Below are positions 31,812 through 42,210 of a stretch of 64,000 nt of DNA, piece by piece. Within the stretch, counting starts at the first letter, position 1. The number at the start of each line of letters is the position of its first letter. Made by a program: the position numbers and the translations under genes. This DNA is from an uncultured candidate division Zixibacteria bacterium (lineage in GTDB: Bacteria > Zixibacteria > MSB-5A5 > UBA10806): contig CAWDFP010000006.1 in NCBI GenBank assembly GCA_963801605.1, forward strand, positions 384,001 to 448,000. Reading direction: 5' to 3'. The notes under the pieces are model-generated. The model searched no databases. It saw only the letters and a program-made list of their open reading frames with translations, and was not told the DNA's origin.

Positions 31812-31938
31812 TGAATATGAACTCCCAAAAAAAGTCGCTTATTATATGTTTTACTTGACATCAATCGGCGAAATTTTTATAGATTCGTAAATATCGGGAC
31901 CAAAATTTGAAACCGCTCATTTAGAAAGGAGATTTGCC

Positions 31939-33009
31939 ATGCACAAGATTTTGTTTTTTTTCATCTTTGCTATCCTCTTTCTGGCTGTATGGGGTTATGC
32001 AGGGGAACCTCCTGTAGCGCCAATTACGAATACCGAGGCTCTCACACGCGGACCTGAACGAGTAGGCAACCTGCCGCCAGTTCTTGTACCTCCCGATAAT
32101 CCTCAAACGCTGGAAAAGATTCTTCTGGGGAAAAAGCTTTATTACGACACCCGGCTTTCCAACGACAACACCATCAGTTGTGCCACTTGCCATGATCCGC
32201 AGAAAGGCTGGTCTGATGCCGGACCCACCAGCGTAGGTATCAACGGTCAGCGCGGGGGACGGCGAGCGCCGCCGGTATCCAACTCCGCGCATAGCCCTCT
32301 GCAGTTCTGGGATGGCCGGGCGCCAAGCTTAGAAGAGCAGGCCAAAGGGCCAATCGCCAACCCGATAGAGATGGGAAATACTCATGAAGTCATGATCAAA
32401 ACCGTTAGCGGAATCCCAGGCTATGTAGCTGAGTTCAAGCAAGTCTTCGGAACATCGGAAATCGGTCTCGATCAGGTAGCCCAGGCTATTGCCGCCTATG
32501 AGCGGACGATTGTCACCACTGATTCGCCGTTTGATAGATTCATTCAAGGCGATATTTCGTCACTTACGCCACAAGAGCGCAAGGGCCTCGAGGTTTTCAA
32601 CGGTAAGGGGCACTGTACTGCATGCCATTGGGGAGGAAATTTCAGCGATGGGCGTTTCCATAACCTTGGGGTGATGCCCGCCGCCGGAGCCAAATTTGAC
32701 GACGGCAGATATGCGGTTACCAAAAACCCAGCAGATAAGGGCAAATTTAAAACCCCGACGATCAGAGATGCAGCCCTTCGGGCGCCTTATCTTCATAATG
32801 GTACGGAAAAATCCCTCGAGGATGTTGTAAGGCTCTACAACACCGGAGGCGGAAAGGACGGCGCCAATATTGATCCTCTCATGGTACCGTTGAATCTGTC
32901 CGAAAGCGAGATTAAGGCGCTGGTAGCTTTTATGGATCGCGCCCTGATAAGCACCAACCCATCTGTGGCTAACGAAAAACCGATACCGCCCGATGAATTG
33001 CCAAAGTGA
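31939..33009 (+). CDS. Di-heme cytochrome c peroxidase (bCcP/MauG family)
   Basis: Signal peptide; CATCH and CTACH; QFWDGRAPSLEEQA.GP..NP.EM; FKTPT.R..APY.H.G. Confidence 0.9.
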   Translation: MHKILFFFIFAILFLAVWGYAGEPPVAPITNTEALTRGPERVGNLPPVLVPPDNPQTLEKILLGKKLYYDTRLSNDNTISCATCHDPQKGWSDAGPTSVGINGQRGGRRAPPVSNSAHSPLQFWDGRAPSLEEQAKGPIANPIEMGNTHEVMIKTVSGIPGYVAEFKQVFGTSEIGLDQVAQAIAAYERTIVTTDSPFDRFIQGDISSLTPQERKGLEVFNGKGHCTACHWGGNFSDGRFHNLGVMPAAGAKFDDGRYAVTKNPADKGKFKTPTIRDAALRAPYLHNGTEKSLEDVVRLYNTGGGKDGANIDPLMVPLNLSESEIKALVAFMDRALISTNPSVANEKPIPPDELPK

Positions 33010-33020
33010 GGAGAGGGAAA

Positions 33021-34280
33021 ATGAAAAAACTGCTTTGTGTTTTGCTCATATTTGCCGGGGTCCTTTGGCTGTTTCCCATTAATGGCCAGGCCATTCCGGC
33101 ATTTGCCAGAAAATATGGCTTTAATTGCAACATGTGCCACGTATCATTTGCAAAGCTAAATGATTTTGGCCAGCGCTTTAGAAATAACGGTTATCAGATT
33201 CCCGGCCGGGAGGGATTTGAGAAAAATGTATTCGAGGGCCCGCCGCCGCTGGCGTTGCGCACCTCGACAGGACTTCAGGCAGCACATTCGCAAGAAGCCA
33301 GTACGTCGGAATTAAAACTTATGGGGCTGGATCTTTTGTCGGCTGGAGTATTCCATAAAAATGTTTCTTACTTGCTCATCTACACTCCCCGGATCGATCA
33401 GCCGGCAGCGTCTTATCGTATTCCGGCGAGCGGAGAAAACCCGTCACAGACAGGTACTCTGCAATCGGCAAATGTGGTTTTCAGCAACATCATAAACTCA
33501 GCGCTTAATGTTCGGTTGGGTGCCTTCGAACCGGCCTATCATACTATAAGCTCCAAGAGATCATACTATCTATCAGAACCCTATGAGATCTATGCCTTTC
33601 CCGCGCCATCGGGGTTTGTTTTCGATGATAACCAGATCGCTGTGGAGGCAACGGGGCATTTCAGGAACGGATTCAAGTATGGAGCAGGCGTAACCAATGG
33701 GACCGGGCTTAATCCGGACAATAATAAATTCAAAGACGTTTACCTGACTCTTTCGCAAGTAATCGGCCGGGGAGACGGTCAAAGCTCGGGACAGAGAATA
33801 GATTTATTTGGGTACGCGGGTTGGCTACCAACAGTTTTCTCCGTGATCGATTCCTTGCATCCGTTAACCAACGCCGTTGGGAGTGGTAATAAGGCTTTCA
33901 GACGACTTGGCGGCAGTATCAGCCTTAATTATGCGCCCTTTGGCTTTAGCACTTTGTTTATGCAGGGCGTCGATAATAAGGCATTCAATTTCGCCGACAG
34001 TACCAAAGATTATAAATACACAGGCGGATTCGCTCAGCTTGATTATTACGGCTTAATCAACAACCGTTTGCTTGTATCCGCATTGTATAACTGGGTTCAA
34101 CCGCCAAGTTATAACAACGTTAATAAGGTTACTGCCATTTCCGGACTGGTTAGATATTATCTTGGAGATTGGACCGCGGTTAATGTCGCCTTGCATGCTG
34201 AATATACGCATCGTCAAACCGGCAAAATTAATCCCTTAAAAGAGGATATTGTAACCGCTATGGTTGATTTTGCATTTTAG
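33021..34280 (+). CDS. Monoheme cytochrome c-porin fusion (Cyc2/ExtI-like outer-membrane protein)
   Basis: Signal peptide, then IPAFARKYGFNCNMCH..LNDFGQRFRNNGY; alternating beta-strand pattern; C-terminal Phe. Confidence 0.8.
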   Translation: MKKLLCVLLIFAGVLWLFPINGQAIPAFARKYGFNCNMCHVSFAKLNDFGQRFRNNGYQIPGREGFEKNVFEGPPPLALRTSTGLQAAHSQEASTSELKLMGLDLLSAGVFHKNVSYLLIYTPRIDQPAASYRIPASGENPSQTGTLQSANVVFSNIINSALNVRLGAFEPAYHTISSKRSYYLSEPYEIYAFPAPSGFVFDDNQIAVEATGHFRNGFKYGAGVTNGTGLNPDNNKFKDVYLTLSQVIGRGDGQSSGQRIDLFGYAGWLPTVFSVIDSLHPLTNAVGSGNKAFRRLGGSISLNYAPFGFSTLFMQGVDNKAFNFADSTKDYKYTGGFAQLDYYGLINNRLLVSALYNWVQPPSYNNVNKVTAISGLVRYYLGDWTAVNVALHAEYTHRQTGKINPLKEDIVTAMVDFAF

Positions 34281-34340
34281 AAGCTGCTTTCAATTGTGGG
34301 TTGTATTCTCGTAGCAGCAAACCAGCATGGAGTTATTTTG

Positions 34341-34377
34341 GGCGCCGAAATTGGGATTTCGGCGCCTCTAATTTTTA
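34341..34377. terminator. Intrinsic terminator
   Basis: GGCGCCGAAAT-TGGG-ATTTCGGCGCC between convergent genes. Confidence 0.7.
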
Positions 34378-34417
34378 AACTATAAAATTTGCCGTAAGAA
34401 TAATCGGAAAAATGTAA

Positions 34418-35563
34418 TTAGATTGAGCTTTTTACGGATTCGATAAATTTAACTATCTCATCAAGCCCGTTATAGAAATGAGGCGACACCCTGACTGCGC
34501 CCTCGCGATAGCTAACTACAAAACCCTCGAATGTCAGCCTGTCAAACAGGGCCTTAGAATTTGACGACTTAAATGTTACGATCCCCGAACGACGTTGCGG
34601 ATCAGTTGAAGAAATAAGGATCAGTTTGGGTTCCGATAATATATAATCGATCAGCCGGGAATTAAGCGACTTGATATGCGTCCAAATATCCTCCGGGCCA
34701 AAGGATCTCAACATATCAAGCGCGGCATTAAGCGCGCGCCAATCCTGGAAGGCGTAGGTACCGATCTCATACTTGGCGGGCCCTTCACGAGGGACCAGGT
34801 CGTAGCGAAGCAGATTGCTGAACTCGGCGTGCCACTCGACACTTAACCATCCGGAGTATGGCGGTTCAATAAGCTTCTCGGCCTTTTCGGAGATATAATA
34901 AAATCCGGTGCCGCACGGGCCAAACATCCATTTCTGGCAGCCGCTGGTAAAGAAATCAATATGGTTCGAGGGAACATCAAGCGGTACCACACCCAACCCC
35001 TGGATACCATCGACTGAAAACAGAATATCATGCGATGTGCAGAACTCGCCAAGCTTTTCCAAGTCAACTCTGTAGCCGTTATTGAACTGCACCCAACTGG
35101 TGTGGATCAGGCGTGTCTTGTTGTCCGCGACAGCTATCAACGCGTCTTCATCAATAAATCCGTTGTCGGTTTTGGCGAAACGAATCTCCACACCTTTGTT
35201 CCGGAGACGCAGCCAGGGATAGACGCTGGCCGGAAATTCGCATTCGGAGATAACAAGATTGTCGCCCTCGCGCCACGGTAGTCCAGAGGCCGGGATATTC
35301 ATACCGAAGGTTGTATGGGGCGCCAGGCCAATGCGCACCGATTTTGCCCCGATAAAGTCAGCCAGTTTGGATCGGACTTCCTCGAAAATGCGAAACGATT
35401 CAGGGTCGTGATTATGAGCGGTTTTCTGCCAGCTATCGAAAAATTTCTCAAAAGCATCTCTGACCGGAATCGCCAGGGGCGAGTGCGAGGCGTGGTTGAG
35501 AAATGTCACGCCTTTATCGAAAACAAAGTAAGAGCGGGCGCGCTCCAGATCATATCGGCTCAT
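34418..35563 (-). CDS. Class V PLP-dependent aminotransferase-fold enzyme
   Basis: FLNHAS, EFPAS, VDGIQ, SGCQKW..GP.G.G, VRVSPHFYN; lacks the C-terminal catalytic Cys of SufS/IscS. Confidence 0.85.
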   Translation of the reverse strand: MSRYDLERARSYFVFDKGVTFLNHASHSPLAIPVRDAFEKFFDSWQKTAHNHDPESFRIFEEVRSKLADFIGAKSVRIGLAPHTTFGMNIPASGLPWREGDNLVISECEFPASVYPWLRLRNKGVEIRFAKTDNGFIDEDALIAVADNKTRLIHTSWVQFNNGYRVDLEKLGEFCTSHDILFSVDGIQGLGVVPLDVPSNHIDFFTSGCQKWMFGPCGTGFYYISEKAEKLIEPPYSGWLSVEWHAEFSNLLRYDLVPREGPAKYEIGTYAFQDWRALNAALDMLRSFGPEDIWTHIKSLNSRLIDYILSEPKLILISSTDPQRRSGIVTFKSSNSKALFDRLTFEGFVVSYREGAVRVSPHFYNGLDEIVKFIESVKSSI

Positions 35564-36541
35564 AACCAGCCATGCTCCTTGTACCAGGCGATAGTTTCCT
35601 CGGCGCCAACCCTAAAATCGGTACCGATAAATCCCATGTCCTGTTCGATTTTCGAGGTATCAAATAACCAGAATTTCGAAAGTATCTCCCGTACCTTGTC
35701 TTGAGTAAACATAGCGGGCTTACCAAAAAGCTTCGCAAACCCCTCAGAAGTTTTTCCCGCCAGGACTCAAAACCGGCCCGGGAACTCGCAAATTGAATGT
35801 TTTCTTTTTTAGAATTTGGGCAATTATATCTGAGGCCTCGCTATAGGAATAAGATCTTTTCTCGGCCACAAAATAGATACTTCCCGATGGTACTTTGGAT
35901 GAAATCGCTTTTACAACAGCATCCGCCAGATCTTTTACATAAGTGAAATTGATGTAATTCTCGCCGCTTCCAAAATGCGGTTTAACGCCAAGTTTGATCG
36001 CCTTAAAAAAGGAGTACATTTCCTGATCGCGCGGGCCATAGACAGCACAGGGTCGAAGAACTACTGACGGGATACTATCCTTTTGAGCAAGCACCGCCAT
36101 TTCGCCCGCGAGCTTGGAGCGGCCGTAGGCAGTTAGCGGCCCGGGAGGATGTTCTTCATTAATGGGATAATTATCGGGCGACGGCCCGCTGGCCGCAGTC
36201 GATGAAATATGGATCAGTTTCGAAATTCCGGGGTTGCATTGCTTTATAGCCGAAAGAATATTCTCGGTGCCGCCGCAATTGACTCGCTGGAAATCATCTG
36301 GATTAATCGCTTTTACCAGGCCGGCGTTATTAATTATAACCCTGACGCCTGTCACGGCTGCGAGTAGAGAAGGGGCATCGTTTAGATCGCCATAGATAAG
36401 TTTCAACGGCAAGTCTTTGATATTGGTCAGATCGGATGTTTTTCGCACCAGGGCTCTGACACTAAAACCGGCCTTAATCAGGGCTTCACAAATATGCGAG
36501 CCAACGAATCCATTGGCACCTGTCACCAGCACTTCATCCAT
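35560..36541 (-). CDS. Extended SDR NAD-dependent epimerase/reductase, CerR candidate (one apparent extra base near 35765)
   Basis: VTGANGFVGS, SST, YGRSK, RP..VYGP; corrected C-terminus ..ETIAWYKEHGWL* overlaps the next ATG (ATGA). Confidence 0.8.
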
Positions 36542-36555
36542 CGGCCTTTATCTCC

Positions 36556-36584
36556 TTGACAACAAAGCCCCGGTAGGGTAACTT
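36556..36584 (+). promoter_or_regulatory. Sigma70 promoter of spt
   Basis: TTGACA-17-TAACTT. Confidence 0.55.
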
Positions 36585-36658
36585 TTTATTTTTGGCGGGT
36601 ATAAGGTATGCTACTTCCTGACCCGTTGCAAGTTGATATTGTTGTTTTGGAGAATTGA

Positions 36659-37840
36659 ATGGATTTATTCGAGAAATGTAGGAATTTTGAAGCGGCTAAG
36701 GAAGTAGAGGCTGCGGGGCTGTATCCGTATTTCAGGCAAATATCATCGCTTCCCAGCACTGTCGTGATAGCTGAGGGTAAAGAAGTGATAATGATCGGCT
36801 CCAATAATTATCTGGGTCTGACCGATCATCCGTTAGTCATCGAGGAGATTCATAAGGCGGTTGATAAATACGGCTCGGGCTGCACAGGCTCACGCTTTTT
36901 AAACGGAACGCTCGATATCCATGTCAAGCTCGAGGAAGAACTGGCCGAATTTATGCAAAAGGAGGCGGTTCTCGTTTTCTCCACCGGCTTTCAAACCAAC
37001 CAGGGCACTATCGCCACAATAGTCGGAAAAGACGATATCATCTTTGGTGACCGCTCCAACCACGCATCAATTGTCGACGGATGCCGGCTTTCCTTCGGAG
37101 AGCTGAAAAAATATCGTCACAACGACATGGCCGAGCTTTCCGGAATATTGGATCGTAACAATCATGCCCGTGCCAAGCTCATTGTAACGGACGGTGTTTT
37201 CTCCATGGAAGGCGATATCGCCGATTTGCCGGAAATCACTCGTTTGGCGCACAAGCATGAAGCCCGCGTGATGGTCGATGACGCTCACAGTATCGGGGTG
37301 TTAGGCGAACACGGACGCGGCACCGCCGAGCATTTCCATCTTGAAGATAAAGTCGATATCATCATGGGGACCTTTTCCAAATCATTTGCTTCGTTGGGCG
37401 GTTTTATTGCTGCCGATGAGGAAGTGATTCACTATATCAAGCATTTTTCTCGGGCGCTGATTTTCTCGGCCTCGCCGCCGCCGGCTGCGGTAGCGGCAGT
37501 ACGGGCTTCGCTTCGAATCCTGAAAGCCGAGCCGGAGAGACGGGAAAGACTCTGGCAGATAACTCATCGGATGCACCGCGAATTTAAGGCGATGGGTTAT
37601 GATATCGGAACCACTCAGACTCCGATAGTACCATTGGTGATTGGCGATGATATGAAGACGTTCGCCTTCTGGAAAGCCTTAACCGAGGCCGGTCTATTTA
37701 CCAATCCCATCGTATCTCCTGCGGTTCCTCCGGGACAAGCCTTAATTAGGACCAGCTATACGGCCACGCACACCGATGCGCAACTTGATAGAGTTTTACA
37801 GGTATTCTGCGATATCGGTAAAAAATTCGGAATAATTTAG
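36659..37840 (+). CDS. spt: Alpha-oxoamine synthase, likely serine palmitoyltransferase
   Basis: GSNNYLG, GSGCTGSRFLNGTLDIH, NHAS, DDAH, GTFSKS; adjacent to a bCerS-like gene. Confidence 0.75.
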   Translation: MDLFEKCRNFEAAKEVEAAGLYPYFRQISSLPSTVVIAEGKEVIMIGSNNYLGLTDHPLVIEEIHKAVDKYGSGCTGSRFLNGTLDIHVKLEEELAEFMQKEAVLVFSTGFQTNQGTIATIVGKDDIIFGDRSNHASIVDGCRLSFGELKKYRHNDMAELSGILDRNNHARAKLIVTDGVFSMEGDIADLPEITRLAHKHEARVMVDDAHSIGVLGEHGRGTAEHFHLEDKVDIIMGTFSKSFASLGGFIAADEEVIHYIKHFSRALIFSASPPPAAVAAVRASLRILKAEPERRERLWQITHRMHREFKAMGYDIGTTQTPIVPLVIGDDMKTFAFWKALTEAGLFTNPIVSPAVPPGQALIRTSYTATHTDAQLDRVLQVFCDIGKKFGII

Positions 37841-37841
37841 A

Positions 37842-38969
37842 ATGGCCGAAATCCAGATCCGTGAGATCGGGAGCCAGGGCGACTTGATGAAATTCATCAG
37901 GTTTCCGAACAAGCTCTATCAAAACGAGAAATATTTTGTGCCCTATTTGACAGTCGATCGAAAAAGGTTTTTCGATAAAAAGATCAACCCCTTTTTCGAA
38001 CATTCCCGCGTGGCATTCTATCTTGCTTATAGGGACGGCAAGCTTGTCGGGCGTATCTCCGCGATTATAAACGATCTTCACAACCAATATCATAACGAGA
38101 AAATCGGGTTTTTCGGATTTTTCGACTGTATCGACGATCTCGAGGTAGCCTCGGCGCTAATGGGCGCGGCGGAGAAGTTCGTTAAAAAAGAAGGGATGGA
38201 GATTCTTCGCGGGCCGATGAATTTTTCCACCAATGATGAGATCGGCCTTTTGGTCGAGGGTTTCGATTCTTATCCGTGCTTCATGATGACCTGGAATCCC
38301 CCATATTATATCCCTCTGTATGAAAAGCTGGGCCTAACTAAGATCGAGGATGTGCTGGCATATTATATCGATGACTCCAATCCGCCGTCAGAACGAATCA
38401 AGCATATCGTAGAGAAGATCAAAACCAGAAGCCGGATTACTCTTCGCACTATCAATATGAAGGATTTTGAAAACGAGCTTGAACTCGTCAGGGTAATCTA
38501 CAACGCCGCCTGGAGTAAAAACTGGGGTTTTGTCCCGATGACGCCGGCCGAGTTCCAGTATCTCGCTCATGATTTTCAGAAGATTATTGAACCAAAACTG
38601 GTTATCCTGGCTTTTGTCGATGGCGAGCCGGCGGGATTTTCGCTTGCCATGCCCGATTATAATCCAGTCTTTAAAAAAATGAATGGCCGCATGTACCCAT
38701 TTGGATTCTTAAAATTCCTCTACTACACCAAAGTTAATAAGCTTATGACAGGCGCTCGGATTCTGACTCTGGGCATCGTGCACAAATACCAGAAAATCGG
38801 ACTCGATATGGTCCTCTTCTATGAGACCTTCGTTAAAGGGCCGAGTTGCGGCTATCACTGGGGAGAAATGTCCTGGATTTTGGAACGCAACGTGCTCATG
38901 AACAAGGCTGCTGTTGATATGGGCGGACGGCCCTATAAGAGATATCGCATTTTCGACAAGACAATTTAG
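37842..38969 (+). CDS. GNAT-fold protein, bacterial ceramide synthase-like
   Basis: NPFFEH, GRISAI, GFFGFF, RGP.NFS.N.E.G.L..GF, N.PYY, AWSKNWGFVP, SWILE.N; 1 nt after spt. Confidence 0.75.
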   Translation: MAEIQIREIGSQGDLMKFIRFPNKLYQNEKYFVPYLTVDRKRFFDKKINPFFEHSRVAFYLAYRDGKLVGRISAIINDLHNQYHNEKIGFFGFFDCIDDLEVASALMGAAEKFVKKEGMEILRGPMNFSTNDEIGLLVEGFDSYPCFMMTWNPPYYIPLYEKLGLTKIEDVLAYYIDDSNPPSERIKHIVEKIKTRSRITLRTINMKDFENELELVRVIYNAAWSKNWGFVPMTPAEFQYLAHDFQKIIEPKLVILAFVDGEPAGFSLAMPDYNPVFKKMNGRMYPFGFLKFLYYTKVNKLMTGARILTLGIVHKYQKIGLDMVLFYETFVKGPSCGYHWGEMSWILERNVLMNKAAVDMGGRPYKRYRIFDKTI

Positions 38970-39132
38970 AACTCATCAATATTCGACGCGTACCACCCCG
39001 GTAAATAAATAATTCTTATTGAAACGCATTTTTAATAGCGCTAATGCACTTTCTTTTCCCTTGCCCGAATTCAATTTTGTAGCTAATTTCAAACCTGATT
39101 ATAAGATATGCGTGAGACGTGATAAAGGGAGA

Positions 39133-41247
39133 ATGACAATGGCACTATCGCTGGATAATATCTTCAGGCCCAAATCTATAGCGGTCGTGGGCGCCTCAAC
39201 AAAAGAGGGCACTATCGGATATGTCATCCTGAATAATCTCTTGCGATATAATTATCGCGGCAAAATTTACCCGATAAATCCCAAAGCTGATATGATTGGC
39301 AACCTCAAATGCTACAAGAGCGTCCTGGACATCCCTGAAGAGGTCGATCTGGCCGTTATCGTGGTCTCCCGCGACCTGGTTAAACCGTCTCTCGAAGAGT
39401 GCGGCCAAAAAGGAATTAAGGGCATAGTCACAATAACCGCCGGATTCAAGGAAATCGGCGGCGAGGGGATCGCTAAGGAAAATGAACTGATGGAAATCGT
39501 TCACCGTTACAATATGCGCATGGTCGGCCCCAACTGCTATGGGATGGTAAATACCGATCAGGCCTATTCGCTAAACGGGACCTTTTCGAAACTAAATCCT
39601 CTTCGCGGCAAGGTGGCTTTTCTATCGCAATCGGGCGCGCTTGGAGAGGTGGTGCTCGATTACACCAATCGTCTGAATTTGGGTATCTCGATGTTCGTTT
39701 CGATCGGCAATAAGGCTGATATTTCCGATATCGACGTACTTAAATACTGGCAGGACGATCCCAATACCCAGGTCATCCTGATTTATATGGAAAATATTGA
39801 GAATGCCCCGGAGCTTATTCGAATTTCCAAAGAGATCAGTAAGAAAAAGCCAATGGTGGCTGTCAAGGCTGGGAGGACTGAGTCGGGGGCACGCGCTATC
39901 AGTTCACATACGGGCGTTTTGGCAGGCGGTGATGTCGGCACAGGCGCCTTTCTCGATAAATGCGGTATTCTACGCGCAGCCTCTATTGACGAGATGTTTG
40001 ATATGGCCATGGCTTTTTCTAATCAGCCGCTCCTTAAGGGCGATAGAATTGCGGTCATTACCAATGCTGGAGGTCCGGGTATTCTGGCTACCGATGCTGT
40101 CGAAAGCCTGGGGCTGAAGATGGCTCGTTTCGAGAAAAACACGATTGAATATCTTCGCGCTAACCTTCTTCCAATGGCAGCGGTAAATAATCCTATCGAT
40201 GTTATAGCCTCAGGGGGCCCAGATGCTTATGCTGCTGCAACCCAGGCAGCACTATTGGACCCCAATGTTGATGGCTTGATTGTAGTTTTTGTTCCGCCAA
40301 TACTGGTTGACCACAAAGCTGTTATAAATGCGGTTATCGACAAAGTTGAAAAACACGCTAATGGAAAAACTGTCCTTTCCTGCTTGATGGGCTCGCCGAG
40401 CGGCATTGCCGGAACTGAAGATTTAATTGCTCATAATATACCGGTTTATGCCTTCCCCGAGGGGGCGGCGCGCGGGATGAGCGCTTTGTGGCAATACCGA
40501 AAGCTTCGGGAGCGATCCGATGATGCCCCGAAAATGTTCGATGCCAACCGCAAATGCGTCAACGATATTATCGATTCGGCTAAATCGGCGGGCCGCAAGA
40601 TTATCATGGGGCCTGAGGCGATGGCGATTCTCGAAGCTTATGGCGTTGGGGCAGCCGTATCGGCCAAAATAAAATCTATTTCGGAGCTTGAGACTGCGCT
40701 TGGCAAACTGCGACTTCCGATTGTAATGAAAATTGACGACCCCTCGGTTGTGCATAAGACTGATATGGGAGGGGTGATTCTCAATATCTCAACCAAAGAG
40801 GCCGCCCGCGAGGCGTTCGAAACCATGCGCAAGAGATTCGGCGGCGAACGGGGCGAGATTGCGGGGATCATGATTCAAGAGATGGTCAAAGGGGGCTTAG
40901 AGACGATTATCGGACTGAGCCGCGACCCGTCAGTAGGCGCTCTCATGATGTTCGGGTTAGGTGGGGTAAGCGTTGAGATAATGAAGGATGTCGCCTTTAA
41001 GGTTGCGCCACTTACGAGAACCGAGGCCGGCGAAATGATCAGATCGGTTAAGGGTTATCGGCTTCTTTCGGGATTCCGAGGCGCGCCCGCGGCAAATATC
41101 AAGATTCTTGAGGAAACTATCCTTCGTCTATCACAACTGACTTGTGATTTTCCCGAAATTGAATCGTTCGATGTAAATCCCTTCATCGTTAAGCCCGATG
41201 GCGAGATATCGGCGGCAGTTGACGCTCGTTTTGTGTTGAAGAGCTAA
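39133..41247 (+). CDS. ADP-forming acyl-CoA synthetase (alpha-beta fusion)
   Basis: PKSIAVVGAS, GPNCYG, SQSGA, SHTG, NAGGPG, HKTDMGGV, FGLGG, DVNP. Confidence 0.9.
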   Translation: MTMALSLDNIFRPKSIAVVGASTKEGTIGYVILNNLLRYNYRGKIYPINPKADMIGNLKCYKSVLDIPEEVDLAVIVVSRDLVKPSLEECGQKGIKGIVTITAGFKEIGGEGIAKENELMEIVHRYNMRMVGPNCYGMVNTDQAYSLNGTFSKLNPLRGKVAFLSQSGALGEVVLDYTNRLNLGISMFVSIGNKADISDIDVLKYWQDDPNTQVILIYMENIENAPELIRISKEISKKKPMVAVKAGRTESGARAISSHTGVLAGGDVGTGAFLDKCGILRAASIDEMFDMAMAFSNQPLLKGDRIAVITNAGGPGILATDAVESLGLKMARFEKNTIEYLRANLLPMAAVNNPIDVIASGGPDAYAAATQAALLDPNVDGLIVVFVPPILVDHKAVINAVIDKVEKHANGKTVLSCLMGSPSGIAGTEDLIAHNIPVYAFPEGAARGMSALWQYRKLRERSDDAPKMFDANRKCVNDIIDSAKSAGRKIIMGPEAMAILEAYGVGAAVSAKIKSISELETALGKLRLPIVMKIDDPSVVHKTDMGGVILNISTKEAAREAFETMRKRFGGERGEIAGIMIQEMVKGGLETIIGLSRDPSVGALMMFGLGGVSVEIMKDVAFKVAPLTRTEAGEMIRSVKGYRLLSGFRGAPAANIKILEETILRLSQLTCDFPEIESFDVNPFIVKPDGEISAAVDARFVLKS

Positions 41248-41398
41248 TTGTAGTTTTTTCCATAAAGTTTTACCTGGGGACCAGAAAATGTTCAAGTTCC
41301 CGGGTTTATTGCCGTCTATACTTCTGTTTTAACAATTTCCCTTGCCGGAATATCAAAAGAGATGATATTATCTAAGCAAAGCGATCAGAGTTGGTTGA

Positions 41399-42190
41399 AT
41401 GCGTTTTATTATTTTGAACGGGGGTTTTATGGTTAGAGACACTTCCGATTGGTGGACAAGATTTTTCCCCGAGTTTCGTCCGGTGTTCGATATCATCCCG
41501 GCCAAACTCACCAATGCAGAAGCGGATTATATCACAAAAAAGCTTAATCTATCCCCTGGTAAGAAATTTCTCGATTGTCCCTGTGGTATTGGGAGAATCT
41601 CAATTCCCCTGGCAAAAAAAGGCATTAAACTTACCGGCGTTGATATCACTCCAATATATTTAGATGAACTGGCTCAAAAAGCGGCAAGGATGGGTTTGAA
41701 AATTAATCTCGTTCAGCGCGATATGAGGAGAATCGATTTTGACTCAGTATTCGATGGCGCCGGTAACCTTTGGACGTCGTTGGGCTATTTTCCCAAGGAA
41801 TCGGATAATCTTCTGGTATTAAAGAAGATTTTTCGCGCTCTTAAGCCTGGCGGCAAGTTTATGCTTCATATAATCAATCGCGATTGGGTTGTAAGAAATT
41901 ATAGAGCTAACGATTGGTTTGAAATCAGGGGGGTTAAAGTATTCGAACAGCGCCGAATGGATCTCAGTAATTCCGTAAGCGATTCAATCTGGCACTATCT
42001 AAAGGATGGTAAGGAAACAATATGCCGGCTGGGAATCAGGATGTATTCCTATCACGAAATACTTGAGATGATGAGGCGAGCCGGTTTTGTTAATATCGAA
42101 GGATTCGGGTCAATGAAAGATGAGCCTGTAAGCTGGGATCATCGAATGATGTTTGTAATCGGCGCCAAGCCAGGAAAAGCCCGACGCTGA
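41399..42190 (+). CDS. Class I SAM-dependent methyltransferase
   Basis: LDCPCGIGR, DMR, TSLGYF, LKPGG. Confidence 0.88.
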   Translation: MRFIILNGGFMVRDTSDWWTRFFPEFRPVFDIIPAKLTNAEADYITKKLNLSPGKKFLDCPCGIGRISIPLAKKGIKLTGVDITPIYLDELAQKAARMGLKINLVQRDMRRIDFDSVFDGAGNLWTSLGYFPKESDNLLVLKKIFRALKPGGKFMLHIINRDWVVRNYRANDWFEIRGVKVFEQRRMDLSNSVSDSIWHYLKDGKETICRLGIRMYSYHEILEMMRRAGFVNIEGFGSMKDEPVSWDHRMMFVIGAKPGKARR

Positions 42191-42210
42191 CCATATAACT
42201 GATTTAGCCT

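Noticed and set aside
36659..37840. bioF or kbl assignment
   Set aside because: No bio or tdh genes nearby; motifs and the adjacent bCerS-like gene favour SPT, though phylogeny is needed to exclude them.
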